From an uncultured Phycisphaerales bacterium (GTDB lineage: Bacteria > Planctomycetota > Phycisphaerae > Tepidisphaerales > Tepidisphaeraceae), in assembly GCA_963758525.1 (NCBI GenBank), contig CAVWVQ010000003.1, positions 4,608,001 through 4,672,000 on the forward strand: DNA of 64,000 nucleotides, written 5' to 3'. Numbering within the stretch: the stretch's first letter is position 1; each line of letters opens with the position of its first letter. Shown here piece by piece: positions 52,791 through 63,826 of this stretch. Position numbers and translations under genes: made by a program. The notes under the pieces are model-generated. The model ran no database searches and was not told the origin of the DNA. It saw only the letters and a program-made list of their open reading frames with translations.

Positions 52791-52901
52791 CGTGGCATGG
52801 GTGTCCCGCCCATGCGAGCTGCGCGGAGCGTAAGAAACACCTCGATATCAGAAGTTTTCTCTCGTCGGCGTCGTTCGCATGGGCGGGACGACCATGCCAC
52901 G
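52791..52901. repeat. REP-like inverted pair overlapping the glpD 3' end
   Basis: cgtggcatgggtgtcccgcccatgcga / tcgcatgggcgggacgaccatgccacg, 27 bp with 2 mismatches. Confidence 0.85.
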
Positions 52902-54344
52902 GGAAAGATATTTTTCAGCCGATGCCCCCATAGTCTGTTGGTCCCAGTTCAACTCCGAAGCCATCAGCAATGCCACGCGCTGAGCTGTTTGCTCTCCGCC
53001 GCATCGGCTCAGCGCCAGACCGATTCGGCGCCACATCACATCATCGACGCTCATTGCCATCTCATCGCGGCAGGCTCGCGGCACATCGCTTTCAAACACC
53101 TCTGGATGCTCGCACAGCAGCGGCCCGCTTCGATCGCGCGATCGCGCGGGAATCGGCTCGTACGCGGTCTCACATTTGGGAACCTTGCGGCCCAGGACCT
53201 GATACACCTCGTTTACCGTCTCTTCGGCAATCTTTCGATACGTCGTGTATTTGCCGCCCGCTACGGTGATGAAATTTGCGCCCTGGCGGAGAATACGATG
53301 TTCGCGCGAACGTGAGGACGGCTCTTTCGCATCGGCGGCGAGCAGGGGACGCACGCCCGCGAACATGGTGATCACTTCGTCATGCTTGACTTCGCGTTGC
53401 AAGGCGCAACTCATCTGTGATAACAGATAGTCGATGTCCTCCGCGGTCGCGCTTACTTCACCAGGATCGCCGGAATAGTCTGTATCGGTGGTCCCGACGA
53501 TGGAGCAGTCGTGCCAGGGGATGATGAACAAAATCCGGTGGTCCTGCGACTGAATTGCGATCGCGTGTTCCCTGGTTAATCCCGGCAGAAGCAGATGAAC
53601 GCCCTTGGTGGGGCTCAGCCGCAACGCAGTCGATGCATCGACTCCCCCCAGTGCCGCGACCCGCCCAACCCAAGGGCCGGCGGCATTGACCACCGCGTGC
53701 GCCGCGACTTTGATTTCGTTGCCAAGCAATTCATCGCGAAGGTGGATCCAGGCGATGCGTCCACCGCTGTGTTCCAACGCAATCACCCGGCAATAGTTGT
53801 TGCACCGCGCGCCCAGATCGGCGGCGTGGAGAATATTCTCGATGCAGAAACGCGCGTCGTCCTCAGCGCAATCATAATAGCGGATTGCGCCGCGCAGGCC
53901 GTCGGCACGCAGCGCCGGTTCGGCGTTGAGCGTTGCTTCGGGTGAGAGCGTGCGATGCGGGGCGGTATTGCGGTACAACGCCAGCAGATCGTAAAGCGTC
54001 ATGCCGATCCGCATCGTCAGGAGCGAGCGCGGACTGTCTTCATACACCGGCAGCAGAAACGGGACCGGCCGCACGAGGTGAGGCGCGATCCGCCGAAGGA
54101 TCGCCCGTTCGCGGCAAGATTCTGCGACCAGGTGAAAAGCATGTTGCTCAAGGTAGCGAAACCCTCCGTGGATCAGCTTGGAGGATCGGCTGGAGGTCCC
54201 GCTCGCGAAATCCCCCTGATCGACCAGGGCAACGCGCAGCCCGCGCAACGACGCGTCCCGCGCTATCCCCGCGCCGATAATTCCTCCGCCGATGACGAAC
54301 AGGTCGAAGGTTTCGCCGGCCAATGCCGCTGTATCGCGCCGCAT
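52848..54344 (-). CDS. glpD: FAD-dependent glycerol-3-phosphate dehydrogenase/oxidase
   Basis: VIGGGIIGAGIARDA, DFASGTSSRSSKLIHGGFRYL, DDAR, NAAGPWV, GTTD, AGVRPL, GGKYTTYR. Confidence 0.9.
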   Translation of the reverse strand: MRRDTAALAGETFDLFVIGGGIIGAGIARDASLRGLRVALVDQGDFASGTSSRSSKLIHGGFRYLEQHAFHLVAESCRERAILRRIAPHLVRPVPFLLPVYEDSPRSLLTMRIGMTLYDLLALYRNTAPHRTLSPEATLNAEPALRADGLRGAIRYYDCAEDDARFCIENILHAADLGARCNNYCRVIALEHSGGRIAWIHLRDELLGNEIKVAAHAVVNAAGPWVGRVAALGGVDASTALRLSPTKGVHLLLPGLTREHAIAIQSQDHRILFIIPWHDCSIVGTTDTDYSGDPGEVSATAEDIDYLLSQMSCALQREVKHDEVITMFAGVRPLLAADAKEPSSRSREHRILRQGANFITVAGGKYTTYRKIAEETVNEVYQVLGRKVPKCETAYEPIPARSRDRSGPLLCEHPEVFESDVPRACRDEMAMSVDDVMWRRIGLALSRCGGEQTAQRVALLMASELNWDQQTMGASAEKYLSRGMVVPPMRTTPTRENF

Positions 54345-54469
54345 ATGAGCGGTGCATTCTACGCAATCGGTGGCATGTGCGTCCTGCCGATGCTGGCCGC
54401 GACAGACTTGAGAGAAATTTCGATAACAGGAGTTCTCAACTTATGTCGGAGCGTCGGTGCCGCGGCAAT

Positions 54470-54579
54470 GGTTAGCCGCGACGCGCAGCGGAGCGCGTGA
54501 TGGAACGAGAGACAGCGCGGTCTGACCGGGGTGACCCCCTCGCGACGAATACTCGCTCCGCTGCGCGTCGCGGCTAACC
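54470..54579. repeat. REP-like inverted pair (GTTAGCCGCGACGCG family)
   Basis: ggttagccgcgacgcgcagcggagcgcgt / actcgctccgctgcgcgtcgcggctaacc. Confidence 0.85.
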
Positions 54580-54595
54580 GGGGATGCTGACGCAT

Positions 54596-55153
54596 TCACC
54601 CCTGCGTGGCCGGATCCTCCAGTGAACGCGTGGCAGCTTCCTGCGACGGCCGCGGCAACAAAACTTTTGGAGGAACATACCCTTCCATCCCCGGTTCCAG
54701 CCGAGGCCGTAAACGTCGCCAGCGGAGGATTTCTTCGGGAACGGGTCCGCCGCATCCGGGGCAGCGATCACCGACATCGCGAAGATCGCAGCCGCATTTG
54801 GGGCAGAGACGCGCTCCGATGCGGGCATCGCGTCGCAATTGCCGGGCGGAGAGTGCAGCGGCCGCCCCGCAGATGCCCGCAGTGACAATGATCGCGAAGA
54901 TCGGCCCGAACATCGACAGCGCCAAAGCGCCGAGCACCCAGAAGAGCACGAATCCGACCGCCGAGGCGTAGGTGAGCAGGGGATTGAGACCGGTGCCGGC
55001 CAGGCGGAAGTTTTTCGCGCGCTTCCCCGGCGATGACGCCGGAGCAGCATAGTTCAACATTGCGACGACTTCCGCGTCGGAAGGGCCGTCGTGGACCGTA
55101 GCGTCGGCGGGGGATGGAGGTTTCGAGAGGGCCATCACGTCAACCCGCGTCAC
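54596..55153 (-). CDS. Hypothetical membrane protein with zinc ribbon (CPKCGCDLR..DRCPGCG)
   Basis: Two TM segments and CxxC..CxxC; start overlaps the pdxA stop. Confidence 0.7.
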   Translation of the reverse strand: MTRVDVMALSKPPSPADATVHDGPSDAEVVAMLNYAAPASSPGKRAKNFRLAGTGLNPLLTYASAVGFVLFWVLGALALSMFGPIFAIIVTAGICGAAAALSARQLRRDARIGARLCPKCGCDLRDVGDRCPGCGGPVPEEILRWRRLRPRLEPGMEGYVPPKVLLPRPSQEAATRSLEDPATQG

Positions 55154-56202
55154 CCCGGCTTGGCCGGCCCTTCCGTTGGTCGCGAGGCGGCTTCCTCGCG
55201 AGCATGCCGGCGTGTCGCGAGGTTGATCGCCAGATCGATGGCGGCGCGCATCGATCCGGGATTGGCGCGATTTTTTCCCACAATATCGAACGCGGTGCCA
55301 TGATCGGGGCTGGTCCGGATGATCGGCAGGCCGAGCGTCAGATTCACCGCCTGATCGAAGGCAAGGAGCTTGACCGGAATAAGGCCCTGGTCGTGATACA
55401 TGGCGACAACCGCATCAAATTCGCCGTCGCGAGCGCGGAGAAAAATCGTATCGCCCGGATACGGGCCCGTGACGTCAATTCCCTGATCGCGAGCCATGAG
55501 AATCGCGGGGGAGATGATCCGTTCTTCTTCGTCGCCAAACTGACCGTTTTCACTGGCGTGCGGATTGACGCCGCAGACAGCGATGCGCGGCTTAGGAGTG
55601 TCAAACCACTCGACCATCGCCTGATGCACCAGCTCAATCGGCTGGAAGACCGCGCCGATATTTAATCGGCCCCAAAGTCCCATGAGCGGAACATGCACCG
55701 TCGCGAGCACCACCTTGATCGGTCCGCCGGCGAACATCATCGCGTGCCGGCGGGCTCCCGTTCGCTCGGCCAGGAGTTCCGTATGTCCCGGATAATGGTA
55801 GCCGGCCAGCTTCCAGCTCTCCTTGGCGATTGGCGCGGTGACCACGGCATCGACGAGCTTTTGCTTGGCCGAATCGATCGCATCGACACAAAACCGCATC
55901 GATGCCTCGCCGCCCATTTTGCTGGGGCTGCGGATGGCCGAGCCAAGCATGCTGTACTGATCGTAGTCGACGACGACAACGTCATGTCCGTAGCTTCGCA
56001 GCCGGCCGTTGTACTGATTGCGCCACCAGAAGACGTCGAGTTCCGCGGTGTCGGCGGCGTAACTGAGCAATTCATTCATGCCGTAGATGATGTAGCGGGC
56101 GCGCAGCCGGAGCTGCGGATCGGAGAGCGCCTTGACGATGACCTCCGCGCCGATCCCGGCCGGGTCTCCCATGCTGATCGCGATGGTGGGTCGATAATCC
56201 AT
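55150..56202 (-). CDS. pdxA: 4-hydroxythreonine-4-phosphate dehydrogenase
   Basis: MGDPAGIGAE, TAPIAK, GHTE, NPHASE, AMYHDQGLIPVK, VNLTLGLPIIRTSPDHGTAFDI. Confidence 0.97.
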   Translation of the reverse strand: MDYRPTIAISMGDPAGIGAEVIVKALSDPQLRLRARYIIYGMNELLSYAADTAELDVFWWRNQYNGRLRSYGHDVVVVDYDQYSMLGSAIRSPSKMGGEASMRFCVDAIDSAKQKLVDAVVTAPIAKESWKLAGYHYPGHTELLAERTGARRHAMMFAGGPIKVVLATVHVPLMGLWGRLNIGAVFQPIELVHQAMVEWFDTPKPRIAVCGVNPHASENGQFGDEEERIISPAILMARDQGIDVTGPYPGDTIFLRARDGEFDAVVAMYHDQGLIPVKLLAFDQAVNLTLGLPIIRTSPDHGTAFDIVGKNRANPGSMRAAIDLAINLATRRHAREEAASRPTEGPAKPG

Positions 56203-56220
56203 TAAGCGAAGCCCTGACGG

Positions 56221-56345
56221 TTCAAAATCCGAACGACGAACCCTTTCGATTCAAAATCCGAATGACGAAACCCTCTCGATTTAAAACCCGAATGACGAAA
56301 CCCAAAATCAGAATCAAACCCGAATGACGAATGACCGAATGTCGA
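56221..56345. repeat. ~30-bp degenerate tandem repeat (caaaatccgaatgacgaa) x3-4
   Basis: Directly visible; no unique spacers. Confidence 0.8.
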
Positions 56346-56385
56346 AACGATAGCCACAAGTCACTCGTTGCTCGCCTATCTCTTC

Positions 56386-56420
56386 CCTTCGTGCCTTCGT
56401 GCCTTCGTGCCTCCGTGCCT
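56386..56420. repeat. 8-bp tandem repeat (ccttcgtg) about x4
   Basis: ccttcgtg ccttcgtg ccttcgtg cctccgtg cct. Confidence 0.8.
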
Positions 56421-56436
56421 TCCCAATATTTTCGGC

Positions 56437-57027
56437 CTATTTGTGCTGGCGTTCAAGCCAGGAAATCACGGTCTTGCTGAGGATGTCACATTCGAGGTTG
56501 AACGGCCATCCGATCGGACGCCGAGCCAGCGTGGTCAACTGCACAGTCGTCGGGATCAGCGCAACCTCGAAGACGTTTCCTTCGACCGCGGCGACGGTCA
56601 AGCTTACGCCGTCGAGGGTGACCGATCCTTTGGGCATGACATATTTTGCCAAATCCGCGCTGCATTCAAGCTTCAGCCGCCATTCGGCGTCGTTGGCTCG
56701 CAAGTCAGCGAGCCGGGCCGTGCCGTCGACGTGGCCCTGCACGAAGTGGCCATCGAGACGATCCCCGATTCGCAGCGAGCGTTCAACATGGACATCATCG
56801 CCGGCTTTGAGCAACCCGAGATTCGTGCGGGAGAGCGTTTCCTGAATCACGTCGAAGCCGACCTCTCCGGCCGGGCGGTCAGCGACAGTGAGGCAGACGC
56901 CGTTCACGGCGACGCTCTCGCCGTCGCGCAGATCCGATGAATCCAGCGCCAGAGTAAGCCGAATGAACCTGGGCCCGGCTGCGACGCCGACAACCCGTAC
57001 CGTTTTTTCCACGATCCCGGTGAACAT
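56437..57027 (-). CDS. ribE: Riboflavin synthase alpha chain
   Basis: [58 protein letters not shown]. Confidence 0.96.
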   Translation of the reverse strand: MFTGIVEKTVRVVGVAAGPRFIRLTLALDSSDLRDGESVAVNGVCLTVADRPAGEVGFDVIQETLSRTNLGLLKAGDDVHVERSLRIGDRLDGHFVQGHVDGTARLADLRANDAEWRLKLECSADLAKYVMPKGSVTLDGVSLTVAAVEGNVFEVALIPTTVQLTTLARRPIGWPFNLECDILSKTVISWLERQHK

Positions 57028-57303
57028 GGCAACTACACTTTAAGCACAATCCGGCGGGGAGGCGAACCGCTTCTGTCGGGCTTCGTCACCTACACCGGTT
57101 TGCGAAGGGACGATGGTGCCGACGTTCTCGCGCAATCTCGCATCGCAGCATTCGGCGGCCTTGGGCGGCACCGCGCTAAGTACCGAAGCTGCGATGGATT
57201 TTCGCCCGTTCGGCGATCAAAATGCGCACGGCATAGGATAGCCTTTGTTGTCACGATCGGTGCCGCCGCCAAGGATGGCTGCATCGAGCTCAAAGGAGAT
57301 TGC

Positions 57304-58419
57304 ATGAGCGCCGTTCGGCTTCTCATCGGCACGCGCAAGGGCGCGTTTATTTTGACTTCAGACGCTGCGCGACAGCGCTGGAACGTCGATGGTCCGCACT
57401 TTGGCGGGTGGGAGATCTACCACGTCAAGGGGTCGCCGGCTGATCCAGACCGGCTCTTTGCCTCGCAATCCAGCGGCTGGTTTGGGCAGGTCATCCAGCG
57501 TTCCGATGACGGGGGCAAAAGTTGGAACGCCGCCGGCAACAAGTTTGTGTATGAGGGGATCGCCGGTACGCACCAATGGTACGATGGCACGCCCCACCCC
57601 TGGGAATTCAAGCGCGTCTGGCACCTGGAACCTTCGCTGGCCGATCCCGACAGCGTGTACGCCGGCGTCGAAGACGCGGCGCTCTTCCTCTCCACCGACG
57701 GTGCGCAGACCTGGCAGGAAGTTGCGGGCCTGCGTCGGCACGGTTCGGGGGCACGCTGGCAGCCTGGGGCCGGAGGGATGTGCCTGCATACCATTCTGCT
57801 GGACCCGAACAACCCGGCACGCATGTTCATCGCGATCTCCGCCGCGGGGGCTTTTCGCACTGACGACGCGGGGCAACACTGGACCCCGATCAACCGGGGG
57901 CTGCGCTCCGAGCATATTCCCGATCCGGTTGCCGAAGTCGGGCATTGCGTTCACAAGATCGCCATGCACCCGTCGCGGCCTGATGTGCTCTTCATGCAGA
58001 AGCACTGGGACGTGATGCGCAGCGACAATGCCGGCGATTCCTGGCATGAGGTCAGTGGCAATCTCCCGACCGATTTCGGCTTTGCCATCGATGTTCACGC
58101 CAACGAACCCCAGACGATATACGTCGTGCCGATCAAGAGTGACAGCGAGCATTACCCGCCGGATGGGAAGCTGCGCGTCTACCGCAGCCGCGCCGGCGGC
58201 AACGAATGGGAAGCGCTGACCCGCGGCCTGCCGCAGCAGGACTGCTACGTAAACGTGCTGCGCGACGCCATGTCCGTCGACCAATTGGATCCGTGCGGGA
58301 TCTATTTCGGCACCACCGGGGGTCAGGTGTACGGTTCGCCCGACGGCGGTGAGAACTGGTCGCCGATCGTCCGCGATCTGCCCGCGGTTCTTTCGGTGGA
58401 GGCGCAAACCCTGCCATGA
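57304..58419 (+). CDS. BNR/Asp-box beta-propeller protein (exo-alpha-sialidase-like)
   Basis: [10 protein letters not shown]; repeated S-x-D-x-G-x-T/S-W Asp boxes; [15 protein letters not shown]. Confidence 0.88.
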   Translation: MSAVRLLIGTRKGAFILTSDAARQRWNVDGPHFGGWEIYHVKGSPADPDRLFASQSSGWFGQVIQRSDDGGKSWNAAGNKFVYEGIAGTHQWYDGTPHPWEFKRVWHLEPSLADPDSVYAGVEDAALFLSTDGAQTWQEVAGLRRHGSGARWQPGAGGMCLHTILLDPNNPARMFIAISAAGAFRTDDAGQHWTPINRGLRSEHIPDPVAEVGHCVHKIAMHPSRPDVLFMQKHWDVMRSDNAGDSWHEVSGNLPTDFGFAIDVHANEPQTIYVVPIKSDSEHYPPDGKLRVYRSRAGGNEWEALTRGLPQQDCYVNVLRDAMSVDQLDPCGIYFGTTGGQVYGSPDGGENWSPIVRDLPAVLSVEAQTLP

Positions 58420-58712
58420 TTCGCGTCGTGCTCCCGCCGCATCTGCAGACGCTGGCGCAAGTCGGCCGGGAGGTGCGCATCGAAGTCGCCGAGCCCGTGA
58501 CGCAGCGAACCATTCTGGACGCTCTTGAGAACGCCTACCCGGTGCTGCGCGGAACGATCCGGGACCACGTCACCTTAAAGCGCCGCCCGCTCCTGCGGTT
58601 CTTCGTTTGCGAGGAAGACATCTCTCATGACCCGGTCGATGCGCCGCTGCCTGACGCGGTCTCATCGGGAGTGGAAGCGTTCTATATCATCGGAGCGATC
58701 GTTGGGGGGTAG
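58416..58712 (+). CDS. MoaD/ThiS family ubiquitin-like protein
   Basis: [21 protein letters not shown]-terminal AIVGG*; ATGA overlap with the upstream gene. Confidence 0.9.
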   Translation: MIRVVLPPHLQTLAQVGREVRIEVAEPVTQRTILDALENAYPVLRGTIRDHVTLKRRPLLRFFVCEEDISHDPVDAPLPDAVSSGVEAFYIIGAIVGG

Positions 58713-58744
58713 CCGCTGCGCGAAGCGTTGTGAATTTGCTCCCC

Positions 58745-58896
58745 GCGTGCGCAGCACTCCAAATTCGTTAGCCGCCTCGCTTGCGAGCGCGTCTAATGGC
58801 GCGATTTTACGAGCGGGGCAGTTCGAAATAGATGCGCCGTTAGAGGCGCCTCGCAAGCGAGGCGGCTAACCAAAGGATTCGGAGTGCTGCGCACGC
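58745..58896. repeat. Nested palindromic element between convergent genes
   Basis: Outer 16-bp IR gcgtgcgcagcactcc/ggagtgctgcgcacgc; inner ~36-bp IR gttagccgcctcgcttgcgag.../...ctcgcaagcgaggcggctaac. Confidence 0.85.
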
Positions 58897-58939
58897 AGTG
58901 AGACTGCGCCCGCACGCATGTCTCAATTGCAATCCGGAA

Positions 58940-60125
<1,186 letters not shown>

Positions 60126-60458
60126 GGGGCGGGATTATAATACAGCCGCTGAAGACACCAAGGCGCGGGGGAATTATTCAATACAGTTTGCGGTTTCGTC
60201 GATAGATGCATCAGGCTGTGGGTCTCCGACCAGTGGTCGGGCAGCCTGTCGATGAGACCGGTGTTACGGCGAGCACCGGTCTCTTTTTGCGCACAGCCGA
60301 TGCCTATTACGCAACCTTTGGGCGGAGGGCCGCGCACAAAGTCCGAATGTCGAAGCTCGAATCCTCGAACGTCATTCGAGCTTCATCATTCGAAATTGAC
60401 GATTGATCGTTCGAGTTTCGCATCCGAACTTTCCCCCGCCCGATGCTACCATCTGTCC

Positions 60459-61175
60459 ATGGAAACCAGTTCTGACCTCGAGGCTTTCGAGCAACTGTCC
60501 CGCAATCGGCGGGCGGTCCGCAACTTTCGACCCGATCCTGTACCTGAGGACTTGCTCAACCGCCTGATCGACATCGCCCGCTGGGCGCCCAGTGGCTACA
60601 ACCTGCAGCCGACGCATTTCGTCATCGTCACTGATCCGAAAGTCCGTGCCCGCCTTCGGCCGGCCTGCATGAACCAACGGCAAGTCACCGACGCTCCCGT
60701 CGTTCTCGTTTTAGCGGGCGATGGTGATGTAGTTCGCAATAATTTCGACGCGGCGCTGGCCGCCGATCGCACGGCCGGCGCGGTCAGCGCGGAATATGAA
60801 ACCCTTTTGCGCTCCGTTGTTCCCCTGGCCTTCAGCCAGGGACCGCTGGGACTCGGCTGGCTCTGGAAATCAACCTTGATTCCCGTCGCTCGCATCTTTC
60901 GGCCGATCCCAAGTCTTCCCGCGGTCAACAAACGATTCTGGGCGACCAAGCAGGTGATGCTCGTTGCGATGAACCTGATGCTCGCCGCGTCGGCGGCGGG
61001 CCTGGCGACGCTTCCAATGGAGGGGTTCGACGAGTCGCGGGTTCGGCGGGTTCTGCGAATTCCGCGGAGTCAGGTCGTGCCGGTCGTTATTGCGATGGGA
61101 TATCCGCTGCCCGGGCCGGCGCTGGCGAAGAGCCGGTTGCCGTTGGATCGGCTGGTGCATCGGGAAACGTGGTGA
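60459..61175 (+). CDS. Nitroreductase family protein
   Basis: RRAVRNF, WAPSGYNLQP, NLMLAA..GLATLPMEGFD, IAMGY. Confidence 0.92.
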   Translation: METSSDLEAFEQLSRNRRAVRNFRPDPVPEDLLNRLIDIARWAPSGYNLQPTHFVIVTDPKVRARLRPACMNQRQVTDAPVVLVLAGDGDVVRNNFDAALAADRTAGAVSAEYETLLRSVVPLAFSQGPLGLGWLWKSTLIPVARIFRPIPSLPAVNKRFWATKQVMLVAMNLMLAASAAGLATLPMEGFDESRVRRVLRIPRSQVVPVVIAMGYPLPGPALAKSRLPLDRLVHRETW

Positions 61176-61216
61176 GCGATTAACGCAGTTAGACCTTGCC
61201 TGAGCGGATAAACGTG

Positions 61217-62368
61217 TCATTGCTCGGGGACGCATCGCAGCAGCGTCATGATCGCGAAAGCCGTTCCGTAGGGCTTGTGGTAATCCCACATCGCGTAGTC
61301 CCACCACGATCCGTCGTCTTCCTGGTGCGGAACGATTACCGCCGCCAGTTTCGCGGCATATTCGGCGCGCTTCTCCGCGGGAAGATCCGCCAGGAGCCGC
61401 GCGGCGTAGTAATGGTCGAAATAGTAGTAATACCCCGAAGTCTGATACCACGACTCGTGCGGATAGGGGCGCTTTCGGCCCATCTCCAGATAAATGTGAT
61501 TCGTAAAGAACGCGTCCAGCCCGGCGATGATTTGAGGCACGGTCGCGCCGGCGGGATCCCACAGGTGAATTGCGAAATGTGCCGGCTGAGTCCGTCCCAC
61601 CGCGCCGCGACTCAGATTCGCGGGCAGACGCGGGACATATCGGTAGTCCGAGCCATAGAGGAACGCTGCGTCGGAAATTCGCATTTCCTCCAGCCGATGG
61701 AGCGAGAGGTCGACAAGCCGTTGCGGGACGTCCAGCCTCGCTTGGCGAGCCTCATATAGCGCGACGAGCCCCGCGGCGGTGCCGAAGCTGGTGGGACCCA
61801 TCGAGACGAGCTGCGTCTGGGCGTGAAAATCGTAGTAGGCCCAGCCACCCTCGTAGGTGGCATATTCCACCAGATGGCGGATATTTCTCTCCGCGACTTC
61901 GACGACCCGCGGATCGGGATGGTCCTGATGCAGCAACTCCTCCGCCATTGCCTGGGTGACGAAGATATGCGCCCAGGTGTTGTAGATGAGCATCCCATCG
62001 TCGCGGCGGGCGTCCGATTCGTGCAGCAAATACTGCAGCGCACGATCGTGGGCGGCGTGCTCGCCCGCCTCGCGGAGCGCCATCAAACACAGGGCAGTGG
62101 TCCCAAGTCGAAACGCGGCGTGCGAGCCGGGAACCATCGAATCCACTTCGTTGCCCGCGCTGACGGTGCCGGTGCCCCAGCACCCCTCGGCAGTCTGACT
62201 GCTTTCGAGAAACTTAACGCCGCGCACGATGGCCGCGCCGATCGAGTCGCGCGAAAGCACGGCGGGCTGCGTGGCCGCAACTTCACCGAAACACGCAACC
62301 GGCCGGACAGCGAGAAAAAGAGCGATCACTCCCGCAACGCGACACAAGGCGGACGGGGTTCCCCACAT
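61217..62368 (-). CDS. Secreted prenyltransferase/squalene oxidase repeat (alpha/alpha barrel) protein
   Basis: Signal-like N-terminus, AATQP linker, GVKFLESSQTAEGCWG, EGGWAY, QEDDGSWW, YGTAFAIMTL; start uncertain. Confidence 0.8.
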   Translation of the reverse strand: MWGTPSALCRVAGVIALFLAVRPVACFGEVAATQPAVLSRDSIGAAIVRGVKFLESSQTAEGCWGTGTVSAGNEVDSMVPGSHAAFRLGTTALCLMALREAGEHAAHDRALQYLLHESDARRDDGMLIYNTWAHIFVTQAMAEELLHQDHPDPRVVEVAERNIRHLVEYATYEGGWAYYDFHAQTQLVSMGPTSFGTAAGLVALYEARQARLDVPQRLVDLSLHRLEEMRISDAAFLYGSDYRYVPRLPANLSRGAVGRTQPAHFAIHLWDPAGATVPQIIAGLDAFFTNHIYLEMGRKRPYPHESWYQTSGYYYYFDHYYAARLLADLPAEKRAEYAAKLAAVIVPHQEDDGSWWDYAMWDYHKPYGTAFAIMTLLRCVPEQ

Positions 62369-62508
62369 CCTGCACGGAAGCGTCAGAGATATGCGGTTCT
62401 TGCGGGCGCGACGTTGCGACCGAAAGTCGCTTCCTGAGTCGGGCCTTATCCTGAGTAGCAGGGGAGGGGAAACTGGGTATTCAAAACTGTCCTGCACCCT
62501 GACACCGT

Positions 62509-63789
62509 TTATGGCTTGGAATTGGAATCGGAATTTCCGTCGCCAGCGAGATCGATCTGCACTTTCACCCGACTGCCGGGCCCCAGCCGAGGATCAATAT
62601 CATGAATCGCGATGGTCTGCGCGTACATCGGCCCGTTTTGCCCGGCCGAGGGGATGCGCACCGCAGGCTCGCAGACGCCGTGCAATTGAATATCCGGAAA
62701 GGCTTCGGACCGCACGATTGCGGCAACGCCCGGGCGCAGCTTCGCGAATTTCGCTTCCGGCAAATCAACGCGCGCTTCCAGCTTGCCGGGCGAATAGAGC
62801 GTCATCAGCACCTGCTGCGGTCCCACTTTCTCGCCGATTCGCAACGACTTGGGATCAGCTTGGAATGCGCCCTGCGTAAAAGGGCCGTACGCAACCGTGC
62901 CGTCCGTCGGAGCGCGGACGGTCAGTGACTCGGCGTCGGCCGCCAGGTCGGCGACCTTGCGCCGTGCGTCGTCCAATGCCGCCTGCGACGTCACCAACGC
63001 CGCCTTGCGGAGAATTTCGCCCTGAGCCTGAGCGAGTTGCAGTTGCCGCAGCGAAAGATGCGCTGACGTCTGCCCGTCAATCGGCTTCTGCCTGGCGATC
63101 GGGTACTCATAGGTCTTGAATTTGTCAGCTTGCGCCCGCGTCATTGCAAGCCGGGCCTGGCTCACCTCGAGCGTGCGCAGCGCCCGCTTGACGACGATGT
63201 CCGCCGTGGCGTTGGTCAGCTCCTCGCTCTTGTACATTTTTTTGAGTTGATTGAGCTCGTCCTGCTCATCGTCGACCTGCGCCTGGGTTTCCTTCACGCC
63301 AAGCTGCGTCTGTTGGAGCATCTGCGGGCCGTCCACCGTCTCCCACCACTTCACGGCGTCGTCCGCCTGCCGCACCGAGTCCTGCTCTTGGCGCATCGCG
63401 AGCGCATCTGACTCGGCGGCGAGCTTCGCCTCTGCGTCGGCATGATCGGCGTTTGCCTGCGCCACGGTCAGCTCATTCCTGGCGGCGGATAACTGACGAT
63501 TCAGCGGCTCGGCATCGAGCTGCAGGAGGACATCGCCGCTCTTGACGGATGATCCGTTGGCCGCTGCCGCGACAATCGTCAGCTCGCCCGAATACGCCTT
63601 GGGACGAATGCGCACCTCGAACGGATCGACCGGCTGCAGATACCCTTCTGCATCAACAGTTGAAGCGGATTCGGCGCCCTGCGTAGCGGGCTCCGATGCC
63701 GATTGAGTCGAAGGCTCGGCCTTGCGCATCGGCATCGCTGCGCAGGAAGTCAACATTACGATCCCAAGAGTCCCGATCAAGATTTTCAT
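62509..63789 (-). CDS. HlyD family efflux periplasmic adaptor-like lipoprotein
   Basis: Lipobox LTSC, GSSVKSGDVLLQLD, long coiled coil, LTVRAPTDGTV, LGPGSRVKVQI. Confidence 0.85.
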   Translation of the reverse strand: MKILIGTLGIVMLTSCAAMPMRKAEPSTQSASEPATQGAESASTVDAEGYLQPVDPFEVRIRPKAYSGELTIVAAAANGSSVKSGDVLLQLDAEPLNRQLSAARNELTVAQANADHADAEAKLAAESDALAMRQEQDSVRQADDAVKWWETVDGPQMLQQTQLGVKETQAQVDDEQDELNQLKKMYKSEELTNATADIVVKRALRTLEVSQARLAMTRAQADKFKTYEYPIARQKPIDGQTSAHLSLRQLQLAQAQGEILRKAALVTSQAALDDARRKVADLAADAESLTVRAPTDGTVAYGPFTQGAFQADPKSLRIGEKVGPQQVLMTLYSPGKLEARVDLPEAKFAKLRPGVAAIVRSEAFPDIQLHGVCEPAVRIPSAGQNGPMYAQTIAIHDIDPRLGPGSRVKVQIDLAGDGNSDSNSKP

Positions 63790-63826
63790 CGTGATGCTGC
63801 CGTTTGCATTGTTGCACCAGGTGCCA

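Noticed and set aside
56221..56345. CRISPR array
   Set aside because: The ~30-bp units are contiguous and degenerate with no unique spacers, and there are no cas genes.
57030..57300. FMN riboswitch upstream of riboflavin synthase
   Set aside because: No RFN consensus recognised on the minus strand; only an imperfect catcgcagc/gctgcgatg palindrome.
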